Below are positions 47,771 to 58,909 of a stretch of DNA of 64,000 nucleotides, in pieces. The position numbers and the translations under genes were made by a program. The notes beneath the pieces are model-generated. The model made no database searches, was not told the DNA's origin, and saw nothing but the letters and a program-made list of their open reading frames with translations. The stretch is from an uncultured Gammaproteobacteria bacterium (GTDB lineage: Bacteria; Patescibacteriota; Patescibacteriia; UBA11705; DATKZF01), in assembly GCA_964411255.1 (NCBI GenBank), contig CAYPKD010000001.1:71331-135330 (forward strand). The letters are read 5' to 3'. Within the stretch, counting starts at the first letter, position 1. Each line of letters starts with the position of its first letter.

Positions 47771-50700
47771 TTATTGAGTAGATCCAGAATCTGCGCTATT
47801 TCCTGTATTACTACTTGTGCTACTGTCAGAGCTATCACCTGCACTGGATCCGCTGTCAGCAGTACCTGCATCGCTTGTAGAGCTGGCATCTGAATTTGAT
47901 GAAGAATCGCCATCAGCAGAATCAGAAGCGTCTGAAGTACTGCTATCTGCAGTGTCTGAAGAAGTGTCAGAAGCATTATCATTAGCATCATTGCCTGAAT
48001 CATCACTGTCGGTTGAATCAGTATCAGAAGTATCAGTATCTGAGCTGTCATCTATATAGCTACTATCTGTATCAAAACTATCTGATGTATTATCTAGAGA
48101 ATCACTGCTATCTAAAAAATCAGGATTATTATTTAAATTTCCACTTGAATTATTATTTGTAGTAGTATTTGAATTATCCGACGTCAAATCAATAATTGGA
48201 TCTGGTGAAACAAATCCTGTTCGCTGAGCAACCACTAACCAGTCAAATGTAGTATCTGAATTTCCATTATCCAATTCTTTGACCATAAAGCCTGTTGTTG
48301 TTTTATCAAATACATACAAACCATTGCATTCTCCTGTTGGCGTTACCAAAACTTTGTAATTTTCATCAATAAACTGGTCAAAATCATTTTCAAAAGTCAC
48401 TTCCACTTCTCCATTTTCCAGCTGAGCCTGTCCTGAAATAGTAATCTCCTTATTAACAGACATTAAAGCATATAAATCCAATGCAGTACCATCTGCTAAT
48501 GTCTCATGAACTGTAAACATACCATTTTCATCTATTGACCAGTTATTATTGTATCCCAATAATTTTCCTGTTAAGTGTAGATCTCCAGATTGAGGAATGT
48601 TTGTATCAATTTGAGAGAAATCTCCGCCTTCAACGTTTTCCAATCCAAATGTAACTGCATTTGACACAAATCCTTCAGCATTATGATACCAGCCAATATT
48701 TTGAAAAACCAATATCTGACCGCATTCGCCCTCATTGCCGCTAAAGCTTTCCAATGCCTGACCGACAACCATTCCTGGTTCAGTTGCTTTCATTCCAAAA
48801 CCTGGTCTTGAAGAAGATGTGATAAAATCTCCAATATCTATACTTCCGTTATCAATACAAATATTTGTTTTAATTCTACCTGCTAATACGACCGGATAAC
48901 CGTATTCTCTGCCAATCCCACCGCTAATAATCATGCTTGGTTTTGTTGCAATAATACCAACAACTCTCTTATCATACGCAACTGAAGTTAATGTCCCTTT
49001 ATTGGGATGATTTGGATCTGCAATTATAATTGATCCAGCCAAATCAGTTTTTTCAATACCATCTTCTTCAATGTATTGTACTTGTTTGTCTACACCATTT
49101 TCTGTAATAATAATATTTTCTGCCACATCAGTATGGCCGCCGTCAAAGTATGCCGCACCATCAACTTCTAATTCTCCGCTTATATATACATCATTTGATG
49201 CATTTAATCCTTGATTAGTGTTACCACCTCCAAATCTACTATAACTTGCTCCTGTTGCTCCACCTACTTTAAGCAACCCAGTTGATATTGAACTGCTAAA
49301 GTCACCATTTTGAAAATATCCCATAAACCAACGAGCATCAGCACTTCCAAAATTATATGCTCCATTGCTGTCTGGGAAAATCGTAGCATTTATCTGAAGA
49401 TTTTTACTCGGATAATCTTTCAGAAAGGTACCCTTTGATAAAATAATATCTGCAGTTGCAAAATCAGAAAGCTGCATATCAATACCAGTATCTGCGCTTG
49501 CCCACATTAACATCCCATATGTTGCATGTCCTGATCCTGTCGTTCTCATCTCAAGCATACTATCAGCTTGACCGTCATTAAGGCCTAAAAACATCCCCTT
49601 AGCCGTACTATGTGTACCATCCAAATCAAGACTTACAGACATGCCAACTACATCCTCAATTGAATTGCCTACAGTATTATTTACATCCATTATAAAACCA
49701 TACATATCATTCGATCCGTTTGCTGCTGAGCTATTTGTAACCTGAGTATAATAGCCATTTATTAGTCCGTCATGGCCGGCTAAACCCTCAACCTGCAATG
49801 AAACTCCATCCACCTGTCCAGTTCCGCTATGCCTGGCCCTGGCAAAGATTGAACGAGTAGCATCATTCCCACTATGCAAAACTGAGGAAGCGACTCCTGT
49901 TGCATCATCATTTCCGCTATGAGTAACATTTGCTGAAAATCCTGATAAAGTGCCGCTGCCTGATCCTGTTATCTGTGCTGAAAATCCAGAAGCGTCAGTA
50001 TTTCCTTTTATATCATTATTAAATGATGGATCTGCTACAAAATAATAGCCAATCATTCCTGCCTGGAAATCACCAGAAGCTACAGCTTCATCACTGGCCA
50101 CATCTGCATAATATGCAATTCTAAGGGCACCTGTGCTGTCACCAGCATGCGGTACCATATGAGCTTTATAGCCAAACGGATAATTTCCTGAAGGCAAACC
50201 AGTGTCTGATTTTAATTTTACATCAATTGCTGACACAAAGCTTGAATCAGTTCTAAGATCAATGTCTATTATTCCCTGAGCGTCTGTGTGAGTCGTTGTT
50301 TCTGCATCAATTACAATTCTGTCAGTCGCCCCTAAAGTAAATTCAGTATTACCCTGAAGCTCAATTACTCCAGTAGTAGATCCTAAAACCAAATCACTAT
50401 TTGTATCGATAATCCCTGAATCAGATAGTTGCAAAGTTCCAGATCCTGCATATACTGTACCGGAAAAATATGCGTCTTTCCATCTGGCATCTGGGCTAGA
50501 ACCTATGTCATACCAGTCTCCTGATGCTGGCAGAAGATTTCCGCTGAATTCAAACTGATTACTTGCAAAGATTATATCTCCTGAAGCGCCGCCAGAATCA
50601 TACATCACTATTTTTGAATTTGAATTTGTATCTCCAATTCTAATTGTATTTAAACTTTCATCTACACTAAACGGAGCATTTAAGGAAGCACCACCGACAG

Positions 50701-53700
50701 CAAAATCACTGGTATTATCAAACAAATACGTTAATGTTGTACCGCTTACATCAGCAGAAGTAAATAAAGGCGCTCCAGGTGAAGCTGTCAAACTCCTCCA
50801 GCTCGATCCGTCATATCCCTCAAAATCTGCCCCAGACCATCTCATATTACCTGCTGTAATATTAGCTGTGTTTCCAAGATTTATTCCATTAGAAAACGTT
50901 ATTAAATTTGGAGCAAGTCCCTGAATCATCGCTCCGTTTCGCAGCCTGATATCACCACTAGAAAAAGTAGCTCCATTCATGTCTATCCCAAATTGGCCAG
51001 TACCATTAATATCAAGGAAAGTATCTATAGGATTGCCAAATGGAGTATCAATATTTATTCCTATTGCATTTGATGTTGGAGTAGAGGTTAAATCTAAATC
51101 CAAATTTATTCCATAAGCATTCTGGATTTGCGCAGTATTCCAAATAAACATATCCATCCCATACATTTCTGCACCTGGAGCTGCTGTCGTATCATGCTGT
51201 ACAAAAACTCTACCTCCATATATATCTCCTGAACCTGAATGCCTATATTGCTCATATGATCCATACAAATCTCCAGTACCAGTGTGATGGGCTCTTTCCC
51301 ATCTATTTTCAATATTAGCGCTGCCTGAATGAGATAAATCAGACATAAAGCCACGATTTGTCCCTTGATTGTGCTTTGTGGAATTAACCCGATAACCAGT
51401 AAAATTAGCAGAAGTTGATGCATTATCAGTCATAAAAGTTTGATATGCCGTTATTGAACCACTGTCATTGGTACTGGTATTAATTGTCGAATAATAACCA
51501 TATAAATTACCTGCTGCTCCACCTTGTGAATCAATATCCAACTGTGAAACAATGCCATTTCCACTGCTAATATAATCAATTTCAAAAGCTGGAGTAGATC
51601 CATGAACAATAGTGGAAGCATCAATATTTACTTTATCTGCTGCGCCAAGTTTAAATGTTATATCACCAGTAGCAGTAATACCATTGGTAACTGTTAAGCT
51701 TGCCACATCCGTAGGGCCTAAATATGCATTACTCCAAGGAGAGCCAAAAGCTCCTAATGACCCAGTACCCAGTAAATTACCATTCACCTGGCCATTTCCA
51801 TCCAATTGAAAACCATCCACATACAATGTATCTTGGACATCAACATAATTTGCCCCATTGGCATACATTACTAAATTACTATTCGTATCAATTATGCCAG
51901 CATCAGATAACTGCAATGTACTGCCAGCATATACTGTCCCAGCGAAATATGCATTTCGCCATTTTCGGTCATAAGTACTGGCACCAATATCATATGTATC
52001 TCCAGTTGCCGGCACTAAATGAGCATTAAAACTTAATCTATCACCAGGCAAATCTTTAACTTCAGTTCCCTGGCTTAAAAGCATATCTGCAGAAGCAACA
52101 GTAGCATTTGATAAATCTATAGCTGTCCCCATATTTGTTGACATATAAATTCCAGAAGTTGCACTGCCACTACCATTCAAACGAATCATTGCATCTAAAC
52201 TGCTTCCAGCAACATTTGACATTTCAAATCCATAAGCTGACGATTGAGTACCGCTGGCATCGACTTGTAAATTTATTCCACTAAAACTACTAATAGAACT
52301 ACCTGAAGGATTTGACACATTTATAATAAGACCATCCATGGAATTTCCGCCGTTTGCTGCAGAATCATTCGTCACAATAGAAGACATTCCATAAATATCT
52401 CCAACATGGCCAGCATTTGCAGTAGTAATCATTTCCACACCATATAATGTTCCTGTACCAGAATGATTAACCTGGCCGTAGTAACCTCTACTGGAGGAGG
52501 TGCCTGTGTGATTACCCTGGACACTATACCCAGTCATAACTCCAGCCCCAGTTTCAGTCAATTGTGCTGAATAACCTGTTAAACTGCCTGAGGAAGAACT
52601 AGTTACCTGGCTGGAAAAAGATGTAACAGAGGCAGCCCCCTGTATCCCATTATTAAATGCAGGATCAGCCATAAATAAATATCCTAATATTACACTATGA
52701 AAATCACCAGATGCCAATGATTCATCACTGGCTACATCTGCATAATAAGCTACTCTGGCAGCATTGTTATCATCTGCACTATGAGGAACTAAATGTGCTT
52801 TATAACCAAAAGGATATGTACCAGGCCCTAAGCCCACATCAGATTTCAGTTTTACGTCAATGGCTGAAACCAAGGAATTGTCTGTTTTTAAATCAATATC
52901 AATAATTCCCTGGGCATCTGTATGTGTTGTAGTTTCAGCATCTATAATTAACCTTTCTGTTGCATCAAAAATAAAACTGGCTGAACCTCCCTGAAACTGC
53001 CACATGTCAGATGTATATGTTATATCTCCAAAATTACTGCCAGAGTCATACATGGTTAATTGTGAGTCTGTATTTGTATCGCCAATTCTCACAGTGTTTG
53101 CGCTCTCATCAACGCTAAATGGTGCAACCAAAGTGTTTCCGCCAATGGCAAAATCATCTGTTAAATCTGTTCTATATGTAACAGATCCACCATCAGTGAA
53201 TAAGCTTGCTCCAGCGGTTATAGCAGTATCTAAATCATCCAAAACGTCCTGAACATTAGTACTGGCAGAATTATCAAATTCATCATTTGCTCCAATAGCA
53301 TACGCTCCTGAAGTTGTCGGCGTGGCAGTAGATTCTAAATCAATATCTGTACCGCCAACATCGACAAACACATTGTCAGTATATAAATCATTTTGAACAT
53401 CAACTGAAGCTGCACTAAAGGTCCATAAACCTGATACGGTTTCATTTTCATCCAAGTCTGCAAATTCAGTTTCTAATTTACCGCCAAGCCTGTCTGAATT
53501 AAGTGCATATAAAGCGCCAGTAATTCTTTTTCTTGGCGTCATCTCTACATCCCCTACTACTTTTACAGCTAAATAATATGTGGCTCCATCATAATTGCCC
53601 ATGTTCGCATCATTAAATGCAGTATTGTCTGCTAAACTGGTAGTAAACAAACCGCTCTTGGTGGTAACTGATTTTGTCTCTTCCCACAAGCATGCATTTA

Positions 53701-53950
53701 CACCAACAATACAATTATCATAATTATTGGTTGCATGATTATAAACTCTATAAATAATGTTATATGCACCATCGGGAACTGGAGTACCAGTATTGTCAGT
53801 TAATTTTCCCTGATAATTTATGTATTTTGTTACAGCTGCATCTGTTTTTAAAATGAAAAAACTGGCTGACATAAAAATCAGGGTTATCATCACAAAAATT
53901 TTCCAAAATACTTTGGATTTATTTTTTTCGTGCATCAAAATACTATTCAT
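47771..53950 (-). CDS. Giant secreted fibre/adhesin-like protein with internal duplication, chaperone-like C-domain and Ser/Asp tail
   Basis: Signal peptide, INYQGKLTD N-domain, G/S/T/N-rich beta repeats, YDIG..RWK motifs, DVAE..VVGII..LAGRI..GDFITSS..VVGQALE. Confidence 0.85.
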   Translation of the reverse strand: MNSILMHEKNKSKVFWKIFVMITLIFMSASFFILKTDAAVTKYINYQGKLTDNTGTPVPDGAYNIIYRVYNHATNNYDNCIVGVNACLWEETKSVTTKSGLFTTSLADNTAFNDANMGNYDGATYYLAVKVVGDVEMTPRKRITGALYALNSDRLGGKLETEFADLDENETVSGLWTFSAASVDVQNDLYTDNVFVDVGGTDIDLESTATPTTSGAYAIGANDEFDNSASTNVQDVLDDLDTAITAGASLFTDGGSVTYRTDLTDDFAIGGNTLVAPFSVDESANTVRIGDTNTDSQLTMYDSGSNFGDITYTSDMWQFQGGSASFIFDATERLIIDAETTTHTDAQGIIDIDLKTDNSLVSAIDVKLKSDVGLGPGTYPFGYKAHLVPHSADDNNAARVAYYADVASDESLASGDFHSVILGYLFMADPAFNNGIQGAASVTSFSSQVTSSSSGSLTGYSAQLTETGAGVMTGYSVQGNHTGTSSSRGYYGQVNHSGTGTLYGVEMITTANAGHVGDIYGMSSIVTNDSAANGGNSMDGLIINVSNPSGSSISSFSGINLQVDASGTQSSAYGFEMSNVAGSSLDAMIRLNGSGSATSGIYMSTNMGTAIDLSNATVASADMLLSQGTEVKDLPGDRLSFNAHLVPATGDTYDIGASTYDRKWRNAYFAGTVYAGSTLQLSDAGIIDTNSNLVMYANGANYVDVQDTLYVDGFQLDGNGQVNGNLLGTGSLGAFGSPWSNAYLGPTDVASLTVTNGITATGDITFKLGAADKVNIDASTIVHGSTPAFEIDYISSGNGIVSQLDIDSQGGAAGNLYGYYSTINTSTNDSGSITAYQTFMTDNASTSANFTGYRVNSTKHNQGTNRGFMSDLSHSGSANIENRWERAHHTGTGDLYGSYEQYRHSGSGDIYGGRVFVQHDTTAAPGAEMYGMDMFIWNTAQIQNAYGINLDLDLTSTPTSNAIGINIDTPFGNPIDTFLDINGTGQFGIDMNGATFSSGDIRLRNGAMIQGLAPNLITFSNGINLGNTANITAGNMRWSGADFEGYDGSSWRSLTASPGAPLFTSADVSGTTLTYLFDNTSDFAVGGASLNAPFSVDESLNTIRIGDTNSNSKIVMYDSGGASGDIIFASNQFEFSGNLLPASGDWYDIGSSPDARWKDAYFSGTVYAGSGTLQLSDSGIIDTNSDLVLGSTTGVIELQGNTEFTLGATDRIVIDAETTTHTDAQGIIDIDLRTDSSFVSAIDVKLKSDTGLPSGNYPFGYKAHMVPHAGDSTGALRIAYYADVASDEAVASGDFQAGMIGYYFVADPSFNNDIKGNTDASGFSAQITGSGSGTLSGFSANVTHSGNDDATGVASSVLHSGNDATRSIFARARHSGTGQVDGVSLQVEGLAGHDGLINGYYTQVTNSSAANGSNDMYGFIMDVNNTVGNSIEDVVGMSVSLDLDGTHSTAKGMFLGLNDGQADSMLEMRTTGSGHATYGMLMWASADTGIDMQLSDFATADIILSKGTFLKDYPSKNLQINATIFPDSNGAYNFGSADARWFMGYFQNGDFSSSISTGLLKVGGATGASYSRFGGGNTNQGLNASNDVYISGELEVDGAAYFDGGHTDVAENIIITENGVDKQVQYIEEDGIEKTDLAGSIIIADPNHPNKGTLTSVAYDKRVVGIIATKPSMIISGGIGREYGYPVVLAGRIKTNICIDNGSIDIGDFITSSSRPGFGMKATEPGMVVGQALESFSGNEGECGQILVFQNIGWYHNAEGFVSNAVTFGLENVEGGDFSQIDTNIPQSGDLHLTGKLLGYNNNWSIDENGMFTVHETLADGTALDLYALMSVNKEITISGQAQLENGEVEVTFENDFDQFIDENYKVLVTPTGECNGLYVFDKTTTGFMVKELDNGNSDTTFDWLVVAQRTGFVSPDPIIDLTSDNSNTTTNNNSSGNLNNNPDFLDSSDSLDNTSDSFDTDSSYIDDSSDTDTSDTDSTDSDDSGNDANDNASDTSSDTADSSTSDASDSADGDSSSNSDASSTSDAGTADSGSSAGDSSDSSTSSNTGNSADSGSTQ

Positions 53951-54043
53951 GTTTCTTCTTTTTATAAGTATATTTTACCACAAATTTCAACACTTTTTGA
54001 ATTAGTTATCAACAAATAATTAAACTTATAAATAACAGCTGTT

Positions 54044-57000
54044 TTACTGTTCGCTCCAGGGCAAATTAACATCCTTTGCCTTTTCATGGTGCTCAAAGTC
54101 ATCACCAGAAATATCTTCTTTTATCTCTTGAGCGGTCTCTTCTCCATGCCATTCATGCGGTAAATTTCGCACAGGTCTTCTTTTAACTTCTGGCTCTACT
54201 TTTTTATCAAGTTTTGGCTCTAGAGCTTTTGGCGTTCCATGTTTTTCCATTAAAATATTTTGAGTTAATGCTTCGCCTTTTTCCTTATTCTGTTCAATTA
54301 AATCACTCCTAAAATTTTCGTAACCATTCTTTTCACATGTAATATAATAAACATTTTTCCCTACTAAAAAGCTATAACGACCATGTGGATCTGTAACTTG
54401 GGTTTCTAATAACCGATTATATTTATTGTCATATAATCGAACAACAGTTCTGCCAAGAGGCTTTTTATTTGTTTTGTCAGCCACAATACCCCAGCCTTTG
54501 GGCTTCTTTGGCACAGCCAACCTCTTAAATAATGAGTACAATAATAAATGAATAACTAATAATGCAAAGAATAAAGCGCTTGGTTTTATTAAAAATACTA
54601 TAAAAGTAGCAATTGGCCCTAATATGGCCATAACCTTTTGAATTTTTCGCAACAAGTAAACCGTTAAAATTTTTGAACTTGGCTTTGGCTTTTTATCAGC
54701 ATCTAAAGGTATATTTGGTGTTATTACAGATTTCTCATCAACTTGAATACTTTCTCCATGGTATATATCAATGTAAAATAAATCTTCTTTTTGATCAGCT
54801 AAAATCTGAGTTGGGAAAACATACCCTTTTTTAAATACTTTAATATAATAACTGCCAGGCTTCACTACAAAAGAAAATCTGCCTTCTTTATCCGTTACCT
54901 TTGTTTGAATCAACTTATTATTAACTACGTTATATAATCTCAATATTGCCAAATCCACCGGCTGCTTTGTTATTGAATCGTATACTACCCCGTATTTCTT
55001 TCTTTTCTTTTTAAAAATAACAAGCAAAGGTTCAGAAAAAAGGAAAAATAAATATGGTAAAAGTCCTGCTAACGAAGCAATTGATAAAATATTAAACGCA
55101 GTCACTGCAGCAATTGCCGGTGTTCCGAACTTGTCTGTTGCTTCTTCAACGTCAGGATTATTAAATATATTTTCAATTATAAATGATTCATTAATACTCT
55201 TTATAAAATCTGATTCAACAATCCTGTTTCTTAAATCTTTTAAAGCCTCAACAATTTCTGCTGCTGCGACAATTTCAATTTCCTCAGTCTGTTCATTATT
55301 ATCCAATTCATTTTCACAATCTGGATCTGCCAAATCGACTAAACCATCGCCGTCGTTATCCAATCCATCTGAACATTGCGGTAGGATCAATTCATCAGTC
55401 TCATCATCATCTTCAGTACTTCTGCAGCCAGGATCTGATGGATAATCAACCAAACCGTCATTGTCATTATCAATATCATCTGAACATTGATAGATAACTA
55501 TTTCATCTATCTCATCATCATCTTCCAAACTTTCACAACCAGGATCTGTAGGCCAGTCTGTTAACCCGTCATTATCATTATCAATGCCATCAGAGCATTG
55601 AGTGATTAATTCTTCTTCAACTTCATTATTATCTTCTGGGCTATCGCAACCAGGATCTGCCGGATAATCTATAAAACCGTCATCATCATTGTCTACACCA
55701 TCTGAACACTGGGTCACAGGCGCTTCATCTTCTTCACTATTATCCTGCTCACTAGAACAGCCAGGATCTGCCGGATAATCTACTAAACCATCATTATCAT
55801 TATCAGTATCATCTGAGCATTGTGGCACGAACTCAACATTAAACTCATTATTGTCTTCAGGGTATGAGCAGCCCGGATCTGCGGGAAAATCGATTAAGCC
55901 ATCGTTATCATTATCAATATTATCTGAACAAGCTGGCAAAACTTCGTCTATTTCATTATCATCTTGGTCACTATCACATCCAGGATCTGCAGGGTAATCA
56001 ATTAGGCTGTCATTATCATTATCTATACCATCTGAACATTGCGGTAAAATCACCACATCAGCCTCGTCATTATCCTGATCGCTATCACAACCAGGGTCTG
56101 CTGGATAATCAACCAAACTGTCATCGTCATTATCAATGCCATCTGAACACTGAGGTAAAGCACTTGAAGTGGTAAAAATAAACAAATCAGTAAAATCAGT
56201 TTCTTCACCATCACCATTTCTGGCCTTTACCCTAAACGAATAATCAGTTGATGGAGACAATCCTATATTGGTCCAGCCAGTATCTGTAATCCAGTCAGAA
56301 TTTTGGCCAGTATCAATATTTTCAAACCAAAGAGTTGTCAAACCATCTCCTAAGTTTGGTAAACTTCCATTTGCCTCAATGGTAATAAAATCACTTCCAG
56401 CATCAACTAAAACCAATTCATCTGGTTTATTTATTAAAGTATATTTCGAAGCACTTTCTGACCAATCAGACTGATCAGTATTATTTTGTGCCATTACCTG
56501 AAAAGTATACTCAGTATTTTCAGATAAACCTGCAATATTTTTCCCAAGCAAACTGCCCCAGCTATTATATGATTGCCATTCTTCAGTCATATCCAGAGTG
56601 CCATCAGACTGCAAATAAAGTCCGGTTGTTGTTTCATTTATCAAATATAAAACATCATCCTCATTACCATTAGGATCTAAAACAATATTTAATATTGACG
56701 GTGATATGGCCAGCAAAGTTGGCGCGCCAGGAACATACAGCACAGCATCTGACAATGTAGCAAAAGTTTGATCAGCTGATTCAGCAGGATTAAAATTACT
56801 GTCGCGCACCCAAATTTTAAAATGATATTCAGTGTCAGGAATTAAATTAGCCAAATCTACACTGTGTGATGTTAAAAAATTATTATTATCAACCTGAGAT
56901 CCATAACTATCTGTTTCACCATAATAAAGTATAGACGTTGCCAATTCATCTGTTTCCCAAGTAATGGTAACTGAAGTGGTAGTAATATTAATTACCTGAA

Positions 57001-57160
57001 TATTTGAAATTATTGGCGGAGTCTGATCACCTGGCGGCTGACCAGGAGCAACAATAGAGATTGAGACATTGGCATCCTCTGTAGCTGCAAAACCAAAAGC
57101 AGACCATAATAAAAATATGGTTAGAGTACAAATAAAAATCCATCTATTTTTTCTTCGCAT
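54044..57160 (-). CDS. Surface protein: FN3 domains, 8 Cys/Asp repeats, TM segments, two carboxypeptidase-regulatory-like domains
   Basis: ITWETDE..YG, YTFQV, YSFRVKARN; QCSDGIDNDxDGLVDYPADPGC x8; TDKEGRFSF and TDPHGRYSF. Confidence 0.88.
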   Translation of the reverse strand: MRRKNRWIFICTLTIFLLWSAFGFAATEDANVSISIVAPGQPPGDQTPPIISNIQVINITTTSVTITWETDELATSILYYGETDSYGSQVDNNNFLTSHSVDLANLIPDTEYHFKIWVRDSNFNPAESADQTFATLSDAVLYVPGAPTLLAISPSILNIVLDPNGNEDDVLYLINETTTGLYLQSDGTLDMTEEWQSYNSWGSLLGKNIAGLSENTEYTFQVMAQNNTDQSDWSESASKYTLINKPDELVLVDAGSDFITIEANGSLPNLGDGLTTLWFENIDTGQNSDWITDTGWTNIGLSPSTDYSFRVKARNGDGEETDFTDLFIFTTSSALPQCSDGIDNDDDSLVDYPADPGCDSDQDNDEADVVILPQCSDGIDNDNDSLIDYPADPGCDSDQDDNEIDEVLPACSDNIDNDNDGLIDFPADPGCSYPEDNNEFNVEFVPQCSDDTDNDNDGLVDYPADPGCSSEQDNSEEDEAPVTQCSDGVDNDDDGFIDYPADPGCDSPEDNNEVEEELITQCSDGIDNDNDGLTDWPTDPGCESLEDDDEIDEIVIYQCSDDIDNDNDGLVDYPSDPGCRSTEDDDETDELILPQCSDGLDNDGDGLVDLADPDCENELDNNEQTEEIEIVAAAEIVEALKDLRNRIVESDFIKSINESFIIENIFNNPDVEEATDKFGTPAIAAVTAFNILSIASLAGLLPYLFFLFSEPLLVIFKKKRKKYGVVYDSITKQPVDLAILRLYNVVNNKLIQTKVTDKEGRFSFVVKPGSYYIKVFKKGYVFPTQILADQKEDLFYIDIYHGESIQVDEKSVITPNIPLDADKKPKPSSKILTVYLLRKIQKVMAILGPIATFIVFLIKPSALFFALLVIHLLLYSLFKRLAVPKKPKGWGIVADKTNKKPLGRTVVRLYDNKYNRLLETQVTDPHGRYSFLVGKNVYYITCEKNGYENFRSDLIEQNKEKGEALTQNILMEKHGTPKALEPKLDKKVEPEVKRRPVRNLPHEWHGEETAQEIKEDISGDDFEHHEKAKDVNLPWSEQ
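55290..56155 (-). repeat. Eight tandem ~38-aa coding repeats (putative Ca-binding, disulfide-closed)
   Basis: Counted in the translation. Confidence 0.9.
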
Positions 57161-58031
57161 GGTTCCTCCTTTTATAACTTTTTATAAAAAAAGCAATGAT
57201 AAAAATTACAACTACAATACCGCACAAAACTATAACCACCGGTCCCTTGTTAAATACCCAAAACTGTCGTTTTTCTGTTACCAAATCCCAACCGTCATTT
57301 ATTAAATTTAACTCAGCGGTATATTTGCCTAATAAATTTTTATATACTTCATATTCAACCGTCCTTTCTTTTCCTGGCAATATTTCTGGAAAGTAAAATG
57401 GTATCAGATCAATCTGCTTTTTTCGCCAATTATAAACTTTCATTTCTCCAAATGGAGCAAGATGTGTATTACCAGTATTTTCTAAAGTAACCTCAATTTT
57501 TAGTCTTTTCCAGTTTATCGGATCAATTTCAAAACTTTTTATTTTAATCTCCTTTTCCAACTCTCCTAATATTTCCAAAAACACCAAAGATCCCACCTCA
57601 CCTGAAAAAAAAGAGCCTGCTCCGTCTTCAATCACATCAGTAGCAAATAAAATAGACAAATACTTTCCGCCATTTACATTTTGAGGCGCTATTACATCAA
57701 ATTTAATTTCCCTTTTCTGTTCAGGTTCAAGTTCAAAAACACTGACTGGCAAGCGAATGTAATCAGAAAAATCACCTTCATTAATTTGCAACGTTCCCTG
57801 ATCATCAATTGTTTCAAATGAGACTACTCTCGGCTTGACTCTCATCTTTTTTGTAGAAGGATTGGTTATAAAAATAGAACCTTGAGCTTTCTGCCCAGGT
57901 TCAATGCTAAAAAATGATTTTAATGGACTGATTGTGATTGCCACTGGACCTTGGGCGCTAACTTTCACAATTGGCACTATTAAAAAAGCAATAAATAAAA
58001 TTAAATAAATTTTCCAACCAATTCTTTTCAT
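57144..58031 (-). CDS. DUF916/WxL-interacting-like membrane-anchored protein
   Basis: Signal peptide, ISP..IEPG, GGKY, LENTGNTHL, C-terminal TM. Confidence 0.7.
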   Translation of the reverse strand: MKRIGWKIYLILFIAFLIVPIVKVSAQGPVAITISPLKSFFSIEPGQKAQGSIFITNPSTKKMRVKPRVVSFETIDDQGTLQINEGDFSDYIRLPVSVFELEPEQKREIKFDVIAPQNVNGGKYLSILFATDVIEDGAGSFFSGEVGSLVFLEILGELEKEIKIKSFEIDPINWKRLKIEVTLENTGNTHLAPFGEMKVYNWRKKQIDLIPFYFPEILPGKERTVEYEVYKNLLGKYTAELNLINDGWDLVTEKRQFWVFNKGPVVIVLCGIVVVIFIIAFFIKSYKRRNHAKKK

Positions 58032-58711
58032 AATTTAGGCAATGCAGTAAAAGTTACAATATTAGTATATGTTCCCAAAGCCTGAGCTCCGCCAACATTT
58101 ACATAAAAACTAAATACTGTATCATCGGGCGCAGCAGAATATCCAGCCTTTGGGTGGACTAAAGTAGAGGCTAAAGGAAGACCAGCATAATTTGTACCTG
58201 CACCCCATTTAACATCCAGACCTGTGCCGCTGGTTAATGTAATCCCAAACCCATTACCCACCCAGGGAATAGGCACAGCAATTGTTCCGCCAAAATCTGG
58301 AATAGTATTTATCCCTGCAGTCAACGTCTGGTTTTCTTTAATAAATAAATCATATCCATTACCAGCATTGGTAGTTACAGTAGTGGTTAATGGCCGACTC
58401 GTATCTGAATTTACCTGAATACTGGCTAGAGTTAAATTATTTGTGCTTAAAACCAAAGTTAAAGTGGTTGTTTCTGGCTGCCTATACCCTGCAAAATTCA
58501 TCGCATAGCTGCCTGCGCTAGAAAAATCTGTTGCATTTTCACCCAATGTATCAGATAAAAAATAACTTGGAGAACTGGCAAAATCAGAACCGCCAATATT
58601 TATAGAATCAAAAGGAATTTCATAATTGGTTCCTGCCATACCAACAGCATTGGCTGATGCAGGAATTAAAAAAGCAATTAAAAACAAATAGATAAAATTT
58701 CTAAATTTCAT
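58028..58711 (-). CDS. Secreted WxL-like / fimbrial-type beta protein
   Basis: Signal peptide; VTTNAGNGY; C-terminal GTYTNIVTFTA; ATGA overlap with the next gene. Confidence 0.65.
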   Translation of the reverse strand: MKFRNFIYLFLIAFLIPASANAVGMAGTNYEIPFDSINIGGSDFASSPSYFLSDTLGENATDFSSAGSYAMNFAGYRQPETTTLTLVLSTNNLTLASIQVNSDTSRPLTTTVTTNAGNGYDLFIKENQTLTAGINTIPDFGGTIAVPIPWVGNGFGITLTSGTGLDVKWGAGTNYAGLPLASTLVHPKAGYSAAPDDTVFSFYVNVGGAQALGTYTNIVTFTALPKL

Positions 58712-58846
58712 AACCCCAGATTATTTATTTATTACAAATAAAACAGCAAATTTGTAATTATTTGTAATCTTTTAAATCTCTTCTTTATTATTTGTAATTA
58801 TACAAAAAAAACAGCTCTTTGGCCATTTTTTTATTAACAAATTATC

Positions 58847-58904
58847 CAGCAGAAGCCATAACGTGGAGAGGTAACTTCTGCTGCCCCGACTTTGGCTGAG
58901 GCTG
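58847..58904. repeat. ~60-bp nested palindromic repeat, copy B
   Basis: Shares CTGCTGCCCCGACTTTGGCTGAGGCTG exactly with copy A. Confidence 0.85.
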
Positions 58905-58909
58905 AGATA

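Noticed and set aside
47653-48059. Alternative-frame ORFs (132 aa, 80 aa)
   Set aside because: Shadows of the low-complexity Ser/Asp tail.
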